The translations under genes and the position numbers were made by a program. Positions 10,111 to 19,569 of a stretch of DNA of 64,000 nucleotides are shown here, one piece after another. Position 1 is the first letter of the stretch. Each line of letters opens with the position of its first letter. Location of the stretch: contig CAZXMM010000001.1 of NCBI GenBank assembly GCA_964641255.1, forward strand, positions 809,890-873,889. Reading direction: 5' to 3'. The notes under the pieces are model-generated. The model had not been told where the DNA came from, did no database searches, and saw only the letters and a program-made list of their open reading frames with translations. Source of the stretch: an uncultured Gammaproteobacteria bacterium (GTDB lineage Bacteria > Patescibacteriota > Microgenomatia > JAMCZE01).

Positions 10111-10410
10111 ATGAAAGCAAGTATTCACCCCCAATACTATTCTGACGCGCAGGTTATTTGTGCCTGTGGTAATACTTTTACTACTGGCTCCACCAAACAA
10201 CAAATTAAGGTGGAAATCTGTAGTGCCTGTCACCCCTTTTATACCGGGGCCCAAAAGTTCGTCGATGTTAAAGGCAAGATCGAGAGATTCCAAACCGCCG
10301 TTAAAGTAGCGACTGCCAAACAAGCGGTCGTAGCTACTAAAAAAGCGAAAAAACAACGTGACGAGAACGCTCCTAAGTCACTGCGCGAAATGCTCCAAGC
10401 ATCTCGGTAG
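10111..10410 (+). CDS. rpmE: 50S ribosomal protein L31 (zinc-binding type, C-terminally extended)
   Basis: [23 protein letters not shown]. Confidence 0.96.
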   Translation: MKASIHPQYYSDAQVICACGNTFTTGSTKQQIKVEICSACHPFYTGAQKFVDVKGKIERFQTAVKVATAKQAVVATKKAKKQRDENAPKSLREMLQASR

Positions 10411-10450
10411 CTTCCTGTAAAAATACTATGATACTCTGGTATTAATTTGT

Positions 10451-11371
10451 ATGGATATTCCTGACTATCTTAAAGCAACGATTGAGGCACTGGACAAAAA
10501 AATCGCTGAGGCTTCCGAGCTGGCAGCGACTGATCCCTCCTTTGCTACTCTCGCCGAGGAAGAAATCAAAAAAATGGAGGAGGAAAAAGCTCTCCTCATT
10601 AATTCTCAGAGCGTGACTGAGGAAGAAGTTGCCCAGACAGGTGAGAATGACATCGATGCCAAGTTTAACCGGCGCAATACGATTGTAGAAATTCGCGGCG
10701 CGGCTGGTGGTGAAGAGGCCAAAATGTGGGGGGACGATCTACTGCGCATGTACTCTCGCTATGCCCAGACCCAGGGCTGGAAAGTCTACCCTGACGGCCA
10801 ATCAGCCATAAAAATTATTGGCAAAGGAGTGTATGGAAAATTAAAATATGAATCGGGAGTCCATAGAGTCCAGCGGGTCCCGGTGACAGAATCTTCGGGC
10901 AGAGTGCACACTTCAACAGCTACTGTAGCCGTCCTTCCCGAGCTTGAAGATGTTGACGTCGAAGTCAATCCCAGCGACTTAGACTGGGATTTCTTTCGAG
11001 CCGGCGGCCACGGTGGCCAAAATGTTAACAAAGTGTCGTCAGCCGTGAGGCTAACTCACAAACCCACTGGGATTGTGGTTACCTGTCAAGAGGAGCGTGA
11101 TCAACCCAAAAATCGGGACAAAGCCCTGGCTAAACTGCGTATCATTCTCTGGGAACAGGAACAGGAAAAGCAACTGGCGGAATTTGACGCGGACCGTAGG
11201 GCTAAAGTCGGAACCGGCATGCGAAATGAAAAAATCCGCACTTACAATTTTTTGCAAGACCGAGTGACTGATCACCGGCTAGAGGACAATTTTCATAATA
11301 TCCAAGTCATTATGGAAGGTAAAATCGACCCTATTATTGAAGCACTGCTAAGAAAATATCAGGAGCCTTGA
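10451..11371 (+). CDS. prfA: Peptide chain release factor 1 (compact)
   Basis: [12 protein letters not shown] (PxT), [15 protein letters not shown]. Confidence 0.93.
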   Translation: MDIPDYLKATIEALDKKIAEASELAATDPSFATLAEEEIKKMEEEKALLINSQSVTEEEVAQTGENDIDAKFNRRNTIVEIRGAAGGEEAKMWGDDLLRMYSRYAQTQGWKVYPDGQSAIKIIGKGVYGKLKYESGVHRVQRVPVTESSGRVHTSTATVAVLPELEDVDVEVNPSDLDWDFFRAGGHGGQNVNKVSSAVRLTHKPTGIVVTCQEERDQPKNRDKALAKLRIILWEQEQEKQLAEFDADRRAKVGTGMRNEKIRTYNFLQDRVTDHRLEDNFHNIQVIMEGKIDPIIEALLRKYQEP

Positions 11372-12606
11372 TTTAAGACCTGCACTGCCCTATCTAGCTG
11401 GTTGTCAAAACTTTGGTTGTTATCGTCTTGTTCCACTTCCACATCGGGGGTGAGACCTTTACCCTGAATCCAAACTCCATTAGCTAGTAACCACTTAGCA
11501 GTCGTAACATGAAGGCCCGCCCCCCCAGGAAAGTCTTCAGCTTCTTGGACACTTCCCTTACCAAACGACTTCATACCAACTAGTTTTGCTCTTCCCCCAA
11601 CGCTGAGTGCCCCAGCCAAGATTTCGCTAGCTGAAGCCGAACCCTGGTTGATTAACACTACCAGAGGGACACTTAGTAGTCTCCCCACCCGGTTGACAGA
11701 ATAAGTCTGGGCATTACCACTAGAGCTTTCCTGTTTTACGACCACACCACTAGGCAGAAACTCTGAAGCTACATAGACGGAACCGGTTAAATAGCCACCC
11801 GGGTTGTTTCTCACGTCCAAAATAACTCCGGCAGTCCCCCCGGAAGCAGTCGCCAGATAATGATTAATCTCAGTTACCGCTTGATCCCACTGGGGAGTGG
11901 TCTGGTCACCAAATCTTGACAGCCGCAAGTGAATGCTTTTTTTGAGATTAGCAGAGGCCGTGGATTCCACAATTTTCCACTCGACACTTTTAAGAATGAT
12001 CGTATCGCGAATAATACTAACGTCACTGGGCTTATCCATGCCTACCCGGTAAATTGATAGCACAACTGTTGTACCCTTTTTCCCTCTGATTTTAGACACC
12101 GCGTCAGGCAAGGTCCAATTGGTTGTTTCTGCCCCATCGACTTTTAAAATAAAATCTCCCGGCTTAATTCCCGCTGCCTCAGCGGGCGACCCCGCCAGCG
12201 GTGCCACCACAATAATTTGCTTATCTTTAAAACCCAGCTCTGCTCCGATACCTTCAAAGTCCCCGTTTAAATCCTGCTTGGCTTCCACGTTTTTTTGCGG
12301 AGGCAAAAACATGGTGTAGGGATCATCAAGGGCGGCCACCATACCAGAAATGGCTCCGTAAACCATTTTCTGGCTATCAATCTTTGATTTGTCGACGTGT
12401 TTTTGCGACACCTCAGCCCACACCTGCCAGAACAGTCCAAAATCCACCGGGTTGTTACTGGGCAACTTATTGCTAACCGAGACGGTCGGCAGTTGGTTTT
12501 TCCAGGCGACTTCGACCTTAGTAGTCCCCAGTTTATAGCCGACTCCTCCAGAAATTAGGACAAGGCATAAAATAAGCGCTATTTTGCGAACTAGCAGCAA
12601 ATTCAT
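11359..12606 (-). CDS. ctpA: S41 carboxyl-terminal processing protease with PDZ domain
   Basis: [30 protein letters not shown]. Confidence 0.93.
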   Translation of the reverse strand: MNLLLVRKIALILCLVLISGGVGYKLGTTKVEVAWKNQLPTVSVSNKLPSNNPVDFGLFWQVWAEVSQKHVDKSKIDSQKMVYGAISGMVAALDDPYTMFLPPQKNVEAKQDLNGDFEGIGAELGFKDKQIIVVAPLAGSPAEAAGIKPGDFILKVDGAETTNWTLPDAVSKIRGKKGTTVVLSIYRVGMDKPSDVSIIRDTIILKSVEWKIVESTASANLKKSIHLRLSRFGDQTTPQWDQAVTEINHYLATASGGTAGVILDVRNNPGGYLTGSVYVASEFLPSGVVVKQESSSGNAQTYSVNRVGRLLSVPLVVLINQGSASASEILAGALSVGGRAKLVGMKSFGKGSVQEAEDFPGGAGLHVTTAKWLLANGVWIQGKGLTPDVEVEQDDNNQSFDNQLDRAVQVLNQGS

Positions 12607-12617
12607 AGAATCACTTC

Positions 12618-12998
12618 TTAGGAAATCTTTAACGTTTTGTCTTCGGGGTTTAAATGACCAACTTTACCACTTAATTTTTCTAACTTGCGGATTAGGTCCG
12701 GTGCGACTTCATGAGCGTCTAGTTTACCAAATTTGTCCAGCAAAAGCAGCGAGAATTCACCCTGTTTTTCGACCGAGTCATAGTCCCTAAAGTGCAACTG
12801 AGAAGTTACTACGGCCGCTACTCCGATTAGGCCAGCCTTTTGTAACACCTCAATCGGCGCCCAGCCAGCGATGACAAGAATTTTCCCCGCCAAGGAAAAA
12901 TCGAGATCTGCGGGTACAACTACCCGCTCATGAGGCAAAACCACAATCTCGCCACTAACGCTCGGGCCGCAACCAATCACCCCTTTAAGTGTTGTCAT
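12618..12998 (-). CDS. Hypothetical protein resembling the C-terminal domain of GlmL-associated proteins
   Basis: GKILV..G...E.LQKA..IGVAAVV motif; overlaps the upstream gene. Confidence 0.5.
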   Translation of the reverse strand: MTTLKGVIGCGPSVSGEIVVLPHERVVVPADLDFSLAGKILVIAGWAPIEVLQKAGLIGVAAVVTSQLHFRDYDSVEKQGEFSLLLLDKFGKLDAHEVAPDLIRKLEKLSGKVGHLNPEDKTLKIS

Positions 12999-13599
12999 CT
13001 TTAGTCCCTTCCTCTTTGGCCTCTTTCAGAGAGGCCATAATCTCCCGCTGTTTACTCGGCGGCAACAAAGTTAAGGGCCGTCCCCGACCATCAACCACCA
13101 GTTTTTTGGGCCCCCGACCGCTCCAAGATTGTTCACCCTTACCACCGATCTTGGCTCCACCTTTTGTTCTAACTTTTATCTTGGCGGTTTGATCAGAAGG
13201 CAAATCTACTGACCAGACATTTCCACCCAGGACTGTAATTTTCTCTAATCCTTTCCAGTCAAGCACTAACTCTATTTCTAAAAGCGGTTTGGACAGTTCC
13301 ACTTTACCAGCAGGGGCGAACACGACAAAATTCTCATATTCCACTAAGCCCACCGGTTCATAACCGTGAAGAAAAACAGGGAGCGCTAAACCCCGTGGAA
13401 AATCCTCGGGTCCCACTTTGCTAGCTGCCTGCTTAGCACTCCTAATTTCTTCGATCCGAAAAGCCAAATCCAGTTCGGCTGTCAGCTCGGTGTTATCCTC
13501 AACTATGCCCAGTAGCTCGCGATTAGCTAAATAGTCCTCAACACTGAGTGGATCAACAGGAAGTGACAACCAACGAATAAGGTTAGGGGCGTATTTCAT
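12985..13599 (-). CDS. Hypothetical protein resembling the C-terminus of glutamate mutase L (GlmL/MutL)
   Basis: C-terminal LVVDGRGRPLTL motif. Confidence 0.5.
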   Translation of the reverse strand: MKYAPNLIRWLSLPVDPLSVEDYLANRELLGIVEDNTELTAELDLAFRIEEIRSAKQAASKVGPEDFPRGLALPVFLHGYEPVGLVEYENFVVFAPAGKVELSKPLLEIELVLDWKGLEKITVLGGNVWSVDLPSDQTAKIKVRTKGGAKIGGKGEQSWSGRGPKKLVVDGRGRPLTLLPPSKQREIMASLKEAKEEGTKDDNT

Positions 13600-13630
13600 T
13601 TAAAGTGAAACTAATTATCCTTTTAAGATA

Positions 13631-13864
13631 CTAAATTCCACTCACAAAAGGAAGGGTGGCTAAGTGGCGAGCGCGCTTGACCTGCTGATCAATCTGCCGC
13701 TGATGTTTAGCACAGACACCGGTCCGAGCTCGGCCCAGGATCTTACCTTTCTCAGTCACGTAAGTTCGCAACTGGTCAGTGTTTTTGTAGTCAGGCACAC
13801 TGTCAGTGTGGCAAAAAACACAATTTTTCTTGACTGGCTTTAGTTTAAAGGGTTTGCGATACAT
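13631..13864 (-). CDS. rpsR: 30S ribosomal protein S18
   Basis: CVFC, DYK, GKI..R..TG.CAKHQR, KRAR.LA.LPF. Confidence 0.97.
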   Translation of the reverse strand: MYRKPFKLKPVKKNCVFCHTDSVPDYKNTDQLRTYVTEKGKILGRARTGVCAKHQRQIDQQVKRARHLATLPFVSGI

Positions 13865-13884
13865 TTTTTACGTTGGCCAAATAA

Positions 13885-14439
13885 TTAAAAAGGGATGTCT
13901 TCAATACTAACATCGGTGATGGGCGCAACTGGTGCCGAAGGAGCTACTGCCTCCTCGCCGGCTTCTTCTTTTGCTACTTTCTTTTTCTTACTTACCTTAG
14001 TGGCCCCCTCATCTGGCTGGCTAACCTCTTCTCCAGTGCTTGGAGTGGGGGCAACTGGGGTACTTGACGGACTGGGTGTAAATGTTCCCGCGGTTCCGGC
14101 CATTTTTGAGTCAAGAAGTAACATATCGTCAATGACAATTTCGGTGATAGTGTGCTGGGCATTATCAGATCCGGTAAACGTTCTAGTTTGCAGCCTACCC
14201 TCAACATAAATTTTGCGACCCTTGGTACAGAGCTGGCTGCAAAGCTCGGCGAGCTTATTCCAAGCTACCAGACGATGAAACTCGGCTTCTTCACGAATTT
14301 CTCCGGTCTCCGTCTTCCAGCTGCGATTAGTGGCCAGCCCCATCGTACAGACCGCGTTTCCTTGGGGAGTGTAACGCAGCTCAGGATCCCGAGTAACGTT
14401 CCCAATTAGCATGACTTTGTTAAGACTTTTGCTTGCCAT
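13885..14439 (-). CDS. ssb: Single-stranded DNA-binding protein
   Basis: LNKVMLIGN, VEGRLQTR, acidic DIPF tail. Confidence 0.97.
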   Translation of the reverse strand: MASKSLNKVMLIGNVTRDPELRYTPQGNAVCTMGLATNRSWKTETGEIREEAEFHRLVAWNKLAELCSQLCTKGRKIYVEGRLQTRTFTGSDNAQHTITEIVIDDMLLLDSKMAGTAGTFTPSPSSTPVAPTPSTGEEVSQPDEGATKVSKKKKVAKEEAGEEAVAPSAPVAPITDVSIEDIPF

Positions 14440-14450
14440 AACTTAGTGTT

Positions 14451-14735
14451 TTAATCGCTATTTACCAGTAGGTATCTAATGATTTGGTCTTCTAACTTAA
14501 GACTGGTATCGATCGGGGCGACCATCGCTGGTTCCATTTCCAAAGTAAAAAAAGCGTAATAGCCCTCGGCGACTTTTTTGATTTCGTAAGCTAAGGGTTT
14601 TTTAATTGGGTCCACTTTAGATTTAACTTTAGCTCCAGCTTTAGTCACTAGCGCCGCAACAGCGGCTAGGTGTTTATCCAACTCCTTAGCTTCTAGGTTG
14701 GGCTTAAAAATTACTGTTAGTTCGTAAGTACGCAT
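14451..14735 (-). CDS. rpsF: 30S ribosomal protein S6
   Basis: MRTYEL, LAYEIKK..EGYY, IIRYL; rpsF-ssb-rpsR synteny. Confidence 0.95.
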   Translation of the reverse strand: MRTYELTVIFKPNLEAKELDKHLAAVAALVTKAGAKVKSKVDPIKKPLAYEIKKVAEGYYAFFTLEMEPAMVAPIDTSLKLEDQIIRYLLVNSD

Positions 14736-14766
14736 ATATGGGCTCTTAGCAACTTGGGTAATTCTA

Positions 14767-15816
14767 TCAGGCATTGACCCTAAACTCAACAATGTCCCCA
14801 CTAGCCATCACATAGTCCCGCCCTTCAAAACGCACTTTTCCTAGTTCTCCATTCTTCTTCCAACCGCCATTATTGACAAAGTCGGCAAAATCAATAACCT
14901 CGGCTTTGATAAAAGCCTTCTCAAAATCGGTATGAATCACTCCGGCCGCTTCTGGAGCTTTAGCTCCCCGCCTTAGTGTCCAGGCCCGGACTTCTTTACT
15001 GCCCGAAGTGAAAAAAGGGATTAAATCTAATTTCTCGTAGGCGATTCTCACTAAATCATCTACCCCCGATCCTTTAATCCCTAAACTAGCTAAATATTCC
15101 TGTTGTTCATCGGGACTAAGGGCCGCCAGATCAGCTTCGAGTTTGGCGTCAATTACTACCTCAGCCAAGTTTTTTATTCCCTCCCAGTTAGTGGTAGTGT
15201 TAACATTGGCTACCGTTATAATGGTTTTGAAAGTTAAGAGCTGGAGCTCCTTTGCCGCCTCTAGTTCTTCGGCAGCTAACGGGACCTCGCGAGCTAACTG
15301 GCCACTATTAAGAGCTAACAAAAGTTTTTTAACGGCATTGGTCTTTGCTCCAGGAGCCTTCTTAACTTCAGTTTTTTCTAGGGTTTGGAGATCAGCCAGG
15401 ATAAGCTCGGTAATTACGGTTTCGGCATCAGATTTAGGGTCCACACTCCCCTCCCGAATAATGTCTTCATCGGGAAAAGCCCGCACCACTAAACAGATCA
15501 CATCCACTTCGCGAATGTGGGAGAGAAATTTATTCCCTAGCCCTGCCCCGGAAGCCGCCCCCCGAACTAGCCCGGCAATGTCCATAAATTGAACAGTAGC
15601 TGGAACAATGGGTGGATCAAAGTCCATTTTCTCTTCCAGTCTGGTTATCTCGGCAATTTTAGCCAGCCGGGCATCGGGAACTGGGACAATCCCCACGTTG
15701 GGCTCAATAGTGGCAAAGGGATAATTAGCCACCATTGCCTGCTGCCTTCTCAGAAGTGCATTAAAGAGAGTGGACTTCCCCACGTTGGGCAAACCAACAA
15801 TGCCACAGGCTAACAT
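14767..15816 (-). CDS. ychF: Redox-regulated ATPase YchF
   Basis: GLPNVGKST, ANYPFATIEPN, GLGNKFL, AAGVIHTDF. Confidence 0.97.
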   Translation of the reverse strand: MLACGIVGLPNVGKSTLFNALLRRQQAMVANYPFATIEPNVGIVPVPDARLAKIAEITRLEEKMDFDPPIVPATVQFMDIAGLVRGAASGAGLGNKFLSHIREVDVICLVVRAFPDEDIIREGSVDPKSDAETVITELILADLQTLEKTEVKKAPGAKTNAVKKLLLALNSGQLAREVPLAAEELEAAKELQLLTFKTIITVANVNTTTNWEGIKNLAEVVIDAKLEADLAALSPDEQQEYLASLGIKGSGVDDLVRIAYEKLDLIPFFTSGSKEVRAWTLRRGAKAPEAAGVIHTDFEKAFIKAEVIDFADFVNNGGWKKNGELGKVRFEGRDYVMASGDIVEFRVNA

Positions 15817-15972
15817 TTTCTTGACATAATGTATCTAATATCGCCAATTATACTTTACCCGAGTGTTCCATATGCAAAAAGAAAACGAGGTTCGACTTCA
15901 ACCACCCCTGCTGAATAAATTTAGCTTCGGATTTACCTCCAAAATTGGTATGGATGGCAGGAAAATCGAACC

Positions 15973-16962
15973 TTAATAGTAGATTGTGTAGGTTCGGTGG
16001 TAGGGTTTGGTATCTCTTTGATCTTGGCTAATAAGCCAGAGGGCATTGTCAATTTCAGCGGAAGAATATTTCTCCAGTTTTTGTTTAATTAATTCCACTG
16101 ACCAAACAGTGGCTGCTCTAATTTCAATCTCTTCGGCACTCCCCGATGGAATCAAATCGTAATTGTCGATCTTCGCCTCTAGCTCTGGGGTATAAGAAAT
16201 TACTCCATACATCCTTAGCATTTGTGGGATCTTATAATCGGCAAAGGCAGTCAATTGATCCAAGTTCGATAAACTTTTTGAATTTTTTCTTTTACTAAGG
16301 TATGAGAGATCGTTGGCGGCAATTTGTGCTCGTTTTAAGAAGTAAACAACTTTGTCATCATATTGGGCCACATCCTGAAACGATGAGAAGTCAGTCTGAA
16401 TTAGGTTAACTAGCTTAACGGCATCATACTGGGCCTTTTCCAAAGCGTTGATAAACTTACCTGCATACTTTTCTTTCATAACACTACCCGCTTCCTGTAA
16501 GTTCTCTCGCCTCTTATTAAGGAGGGGTATTTCTGTCCCATTACTACTTCTAAAAAAATCCGCTACCTGTTTGTTGGTTATACCACTCAAATAGTTAGCA
16601 TCTAAGATTGGTACTTTCTCTTCTACCGCTCTTTTGAAGCAGGCTATCATGGCATAACCACCACCCTTAATGGTGTTGCCCACTGGCCAATCTATCTGCC
16701 ACTTAGGTTGATCTTTTTCTGCCCAGAAGCAAAAGTTGACTACGTCTTGAAGAAATATTAGTTGAACATTGTCTTCATAACTTAGAGTTGCCCCAAATCC
16801 TTCTTCGGCTGTTTCTAGACCCTTTTCCATCTGTTGGGCCACCTTTTCTGACACAGCCTCCAATTCCAATTCGTTTATTATGACATGCTTTAGGTTTTCT
16901 ACTACAAATTTCGTAGAAGTAAGCACTTTTAAATTGTCTGTTTTGGGTAATTTAAAGGTCAT
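15973..16962 (-). CDS. Queuosine salvage protein (DUF2419/QNG1-type queuosine nucleotide N-glycosylase)
   Basis: NFCFW, FLKRAQI, LTAFADYKIPQ, E.EIRA, DNALW, PYHRT.TIYY. Confidence 0.88.
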   Translation of the reverse strand: MTFKLPKTDNLKVLTSTKFVVENLKHVIINELELEAVSEKVAQQMEKGLETAEEGFGATLSYEDNVQLIFLQDVVNFCFWAEKDQPKWQIDWPVGNTIKGGGYAMIACFKRAVEEKVPILDANYLSGITNKQVADFFRSSNGTEIPLLNKRRENLQEAGSVMKEKYAGKFINALEKAQYDAVKLVNLIQTDFSSFQDVAQYDDKVVYFLKRAQIAANDLSYLSKRKNSKSLSNLDQLTAFADYKIPQMLRMYGVISYTPELEAKIDNYDLIPSGSAEEIEIRAATVWSVELIKQKLEKYSSAEIDNALWLISQDQRDTKPYHRTYTIYY

Positions 16963-17006
16963 ATTAATGACATTCTACCAGGATGGCTATGACAATTGAA
17001 GGTAAA

Positions 17007-17039
17007 AAGTTCTAATGTCCTCTGCCCAGGGCTGCAAAA
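17007..17039. repeat. Intergenic direct repeat, copy 1
   Basis: AAGTTCTAATGTCCTCTGCCCAGGGCTGCAAAA. Confidence 0.75.
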
Positions 17040-17052
17040 CAGATTCAAGCTA

Positions 17053-17616
17053 TTAAATTTTGGAGACTATTTTTATAAGAATAGCGAGATTCCACAATGC
17101 CAATGCACCAAGAGCCAAATACTCAGCTAGCCACATCCTCATTTTTTTAAGAGCAATTACCAACAGAACTAAAATTGTTGCCAAGGCCACTAAGCCTGAG
17201 ATTAAAGCCAAAAACAAATCCACTTTATAAAGGGTTACTCCTAACCCAACCAAAGAAGATGCTGTGCATAAAGCACTCAGACTGCCGAGAGTTATATGCT
17301 TAAGGGTGGTAGATAAGAAGAAGAAAGCCGCTATGCCAAATAGAAGAGAGCCGAATCCCAAAATATACAAAATGGTTGGTATTTCAACAACGTAAGGGAG
17401 GGCAAGAAGCATATAAGTAACCTGTGAAATCAGATAAAGGCTCATCCATATCAGGAAGCCTGCTTTTGTAGTATCAAAATCTCTTAATGTTGAAATCGCA
17501 TCCTGTTTAAAGTTAAATTCCTTTGTTCTAATTATTCTAAAAAGAATTGGGCCAAATAAAATTACTGTGGGACAAAAAGCTAGAGAGGCTAAAAGAAAGA
17601 TTAGTAGCGAATCCAT
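17053..17616 (-). CDS. Hypothetical membrane protein (about 6 TM)
   Basis: Hydrophobic 187-aa ORF between repeat copies. Confidence 0.65.
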   Translation of the reverse strand: MDSLLIFLLASLAFCPTVILFGPILFRIIRTKEFNFKQDAISTLRDFDTTKAGFLIWMSLYLISQVTYMLLALPYVVEIPTILYILGFGSLLFGIAAFFFLSTTLKHITLGSLSALCTASSLVGLGVTLYKVDLFLALISGLVALATILVLLVIALKKMRMWLAEYLALGALALWNLAILIKIVSKI

Positions 17617-17704
17617 TGTTTTATATTCTCACAAAACGGATTCCTCACATAGTAGGATGTAAGCCAAGATAGAGCGTCGAGAACTTTAACATCTTGAGCA
17701 TAAT

Positions 17705-17732
17705 AAGTTCTAATCCTTCTGCCCAGGACTGC
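17705..17732. repeat. Intergenic direct repeat, copy 2
   Basis: AAGTTCTAATCCTTCTGCCCAGGACTGC. Confidence 0.75.
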
Positions 17733-17756
17733 TGCGTATTGTCAGGATAGTTTAAG

Positions 17757-18263
17757 CTAAGGCGCCGGGGAAGAGACTAAGCCAATATTCTTTGGCCCCG
17801 CGAAATCAAAGATCACTCGTTCACAGCTAATACTACTTTCTCTGTAATAGTCCTTGATTTTCGCTAAGAGTGCATCTCTCCCTAATCTCTCCTCATCTGA
17901 CCAAAAGTTGCAGCAAGGGATTAAAACAACGGGCCTTACTAAAGCTGAATACACGGTTTCCTTTAGGGCTTCGTCTGGGTGAATGCCAATAATTAAATCG
18001 TAGTAGCTGGCCATATCAGCCCTATATTCCTCCTTACGATTTTTGACACCAACTAGAGTCCAGCCACGAGGATCAATAACCTCAGTATCAAAGTTGTACT
18101 TCTTGTTTAGTATTCGAGCTAGCATCCCTTGGCCCCCGGCCACGTCCGCAATAAATTTAATCTTACCCAGATATCTCTTGGCCACAAAGTCGGCTACTGC
18201 TTCGAACCTCTTGGGATCGCCGTGGAATTTGTGTCCCCTAATTCGACCAGACTTTGTACTCAT
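17757..18263 (-). CDS. Small class I SAM-dependent methyltransferase-like protein
   Basis: DVAGGQG, IDPR, GIHPDEA, IPCC; TAATG coupling to the upstream gene. Confidence 0.7.
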   Translation of the reverse strand: MSTKSGRIRGHKFHGDPKRFEAVADFVAKRYLGKIKFIADVAGGQGMLARILNKKYNFDTEVIDPRGWTLVGVKNRKEEYRADMASYYDLIIGIHPDEALKETVYSALVRPVVLIPCCNFWSDEERLGRDALLAKIKDYYRESSISCERVIFDFAGPKNIGLVSSPAP

Positions 18264-18772
18264 TAAGGGGAAATATTCGCTTTTATCCAATCTTCCAAAT
18301 TCATTGTTGAGTTGTAAAGAATTGGATTCTCGTCAGGAGTCGGTTCCTCAAACATTCCTTGCGCTTTACTCATTGTGGCTTCGGTTAGTTGATCGCGCTC
18401 CTTAGTAGTCAGATTCTTCTGCCACCGTTTCCTTGCCTGGTCTTTAGTTAGATTAAGATAAATTAACTTGTGCTCTACACCCAGACTCTTCGCAATGTCT
18501 CTTGCTGTCTGGCGTTCACTTCTGACTAAATTGCCACAATCAAGAATAACGGACTCACCCGTTGCCAAGTATTCCTTTAGTTTTCGATAGCCTTCGGAGT
18601 AAACGAAATTCCAATCCTTTTGGGTCATTTTATCGACGTCAAAATGTTGTTCCTCGATGGCATCATCCATACTTGCTACCTTAAACCCAAAACGTTTCAC
18701 CAATTCCTTGGTGAGAGTTGTCTTACCAGAATAGGGTAAGCCTGTAAGGGTGTAAAGGGTTGGTTTGCTCAT
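18263..18772 (-). CDS. AAA_33-family P-loop kinase/ATPase
   Basis: GLPYSGKTT, VILD, R..R, FEEP. Confidence 0.85.
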   Translation of the reverse strand: MSKPTLYTLTGLPYSGKTTLTKELVKRFGFKVASMDDAIEEQHFDVDKMTQKDWNFVYSEGYRKLKEYLATGESVILDCGNLVRSERQTARDIAKSLGVEHKLIYLNLTKDQARKRWQKNLTTKERDQLTEATMSKAQGMFEEPTPDENPILYNSTMNLEDWIKANISP

Positions 18773-18813
18773 ACTGCTGAAGTAATTTTAGCAAATTAGG
18801 GCTTGAGTGAGGT

Positions 18814-18847
18814 AGTTAGAACACTCTCTACCCCCAGGACTGCAAAA
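18814..18847. repeat. Intergenic direct repeat, copy 3 (diverged)
   Basis: Core CCCAGGACTGCAAAA retained; the GTTCTAA element appears inverted (TTAGAAC). Confidence 0.55.
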
Positions 18848-18957
18848 GAAATCGAATGGAGACTTTAGTTTTCAACTTATCAAACTCTTCAATCGTGGGC
18901 GCATCATTTCGAGATTCGCCAGATTGTCTATATCAGCCTCAAGTTTATGGTAAAACT

Positions 18958-19569
18958 CTACCTCTTCACTAATAAAAAGCTGGTACTGTTAGTTTTGTCA
19001 TCTTGCAGATTGTTGGCAATAATTTCTAAGCCGTACAAATCAGAAAGTCTTTTTGGCCCTAAGATCGCGGTTTCCCGTGCAATTTTCCCCCGTGACAAAA
19101 TATAGGCTGCCTTAGCAGTATCGATCAAATCCCCTTTTCCACTAACTTGCTTTAAATAGGGATATTTTTCCGCTAGGGTTGATTGGCACTGCCGAAATAC
19201 CTGGGGGTGAGCCATGATGGTTGTGATTTGGTCGTTAGACACCTCCTTCCTCTTCATCAGATAATGCTCAATAGGAATAGCCAGCTCCTCAACGATCTTA
19301 AATTTGTAATCTGCCATTGCTTCAATTGACTCAGTGACCATCCCTCCCACTGAGTTATGAATCGCAAACAGTCCAAAATCAATATTGCCTCGGTGTAGAT
19401 TCGAGAGAACTTTTCTGGAAGTATAAAGATATTTAATTTTGAACTTATTAATGTTTTTAGTTTTCAAATAGTGCAAAATGGCTTGCTCGTTAAAACTACC
19501 CACACCACCCTGGATACCAAATATTAACGTGGTGGGGTTGACTCTCTTCGGAAGTAGTTTGTTATCCAT
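18958..19569 (-). CDS. Prephenate dehydratase catalytic domain (no ACT domain)
   Basis: QGG.GSF, NSVGGMV, HPQV..QC, DTA.AA, LQD..TN.T.F. Confidence 0.8.
   Translation of the reverse strand: MDNKLLPKRVNPTTLIFGIQGGVGSFNEQAILHYLKTKNINKFKIKYLYTSRKVLSNLHRGNIDFGLFAIHNSVGGMVTESIEAMADYKFKIVEELAIPIEHYLMKRKEVSNDQITTIMAHPQVFRQCQSTLAEKYPYLKQVSGKGDLIDTAKAAYILSRGKIARETAILGPKRLSDLYGLEIIANNLQDDKTNSTSFLLVKR

Noticed and set aside
15889-15972. GGTTCGA...TCGAACC inverted repeat as a tRNA or tRNA fragment
   Set aside because: No cloverleaf can be built; only a loose hairpin after the QNG1 stop.
17007-18847. Direct repeats as a CRISPR array, integron attC or dif sites
   Set aside because: Spacing is gene-sized, there are no cas or intI genes, no RYYYAAC...GTTRRRY palindrome and no XerD-arm consensus.
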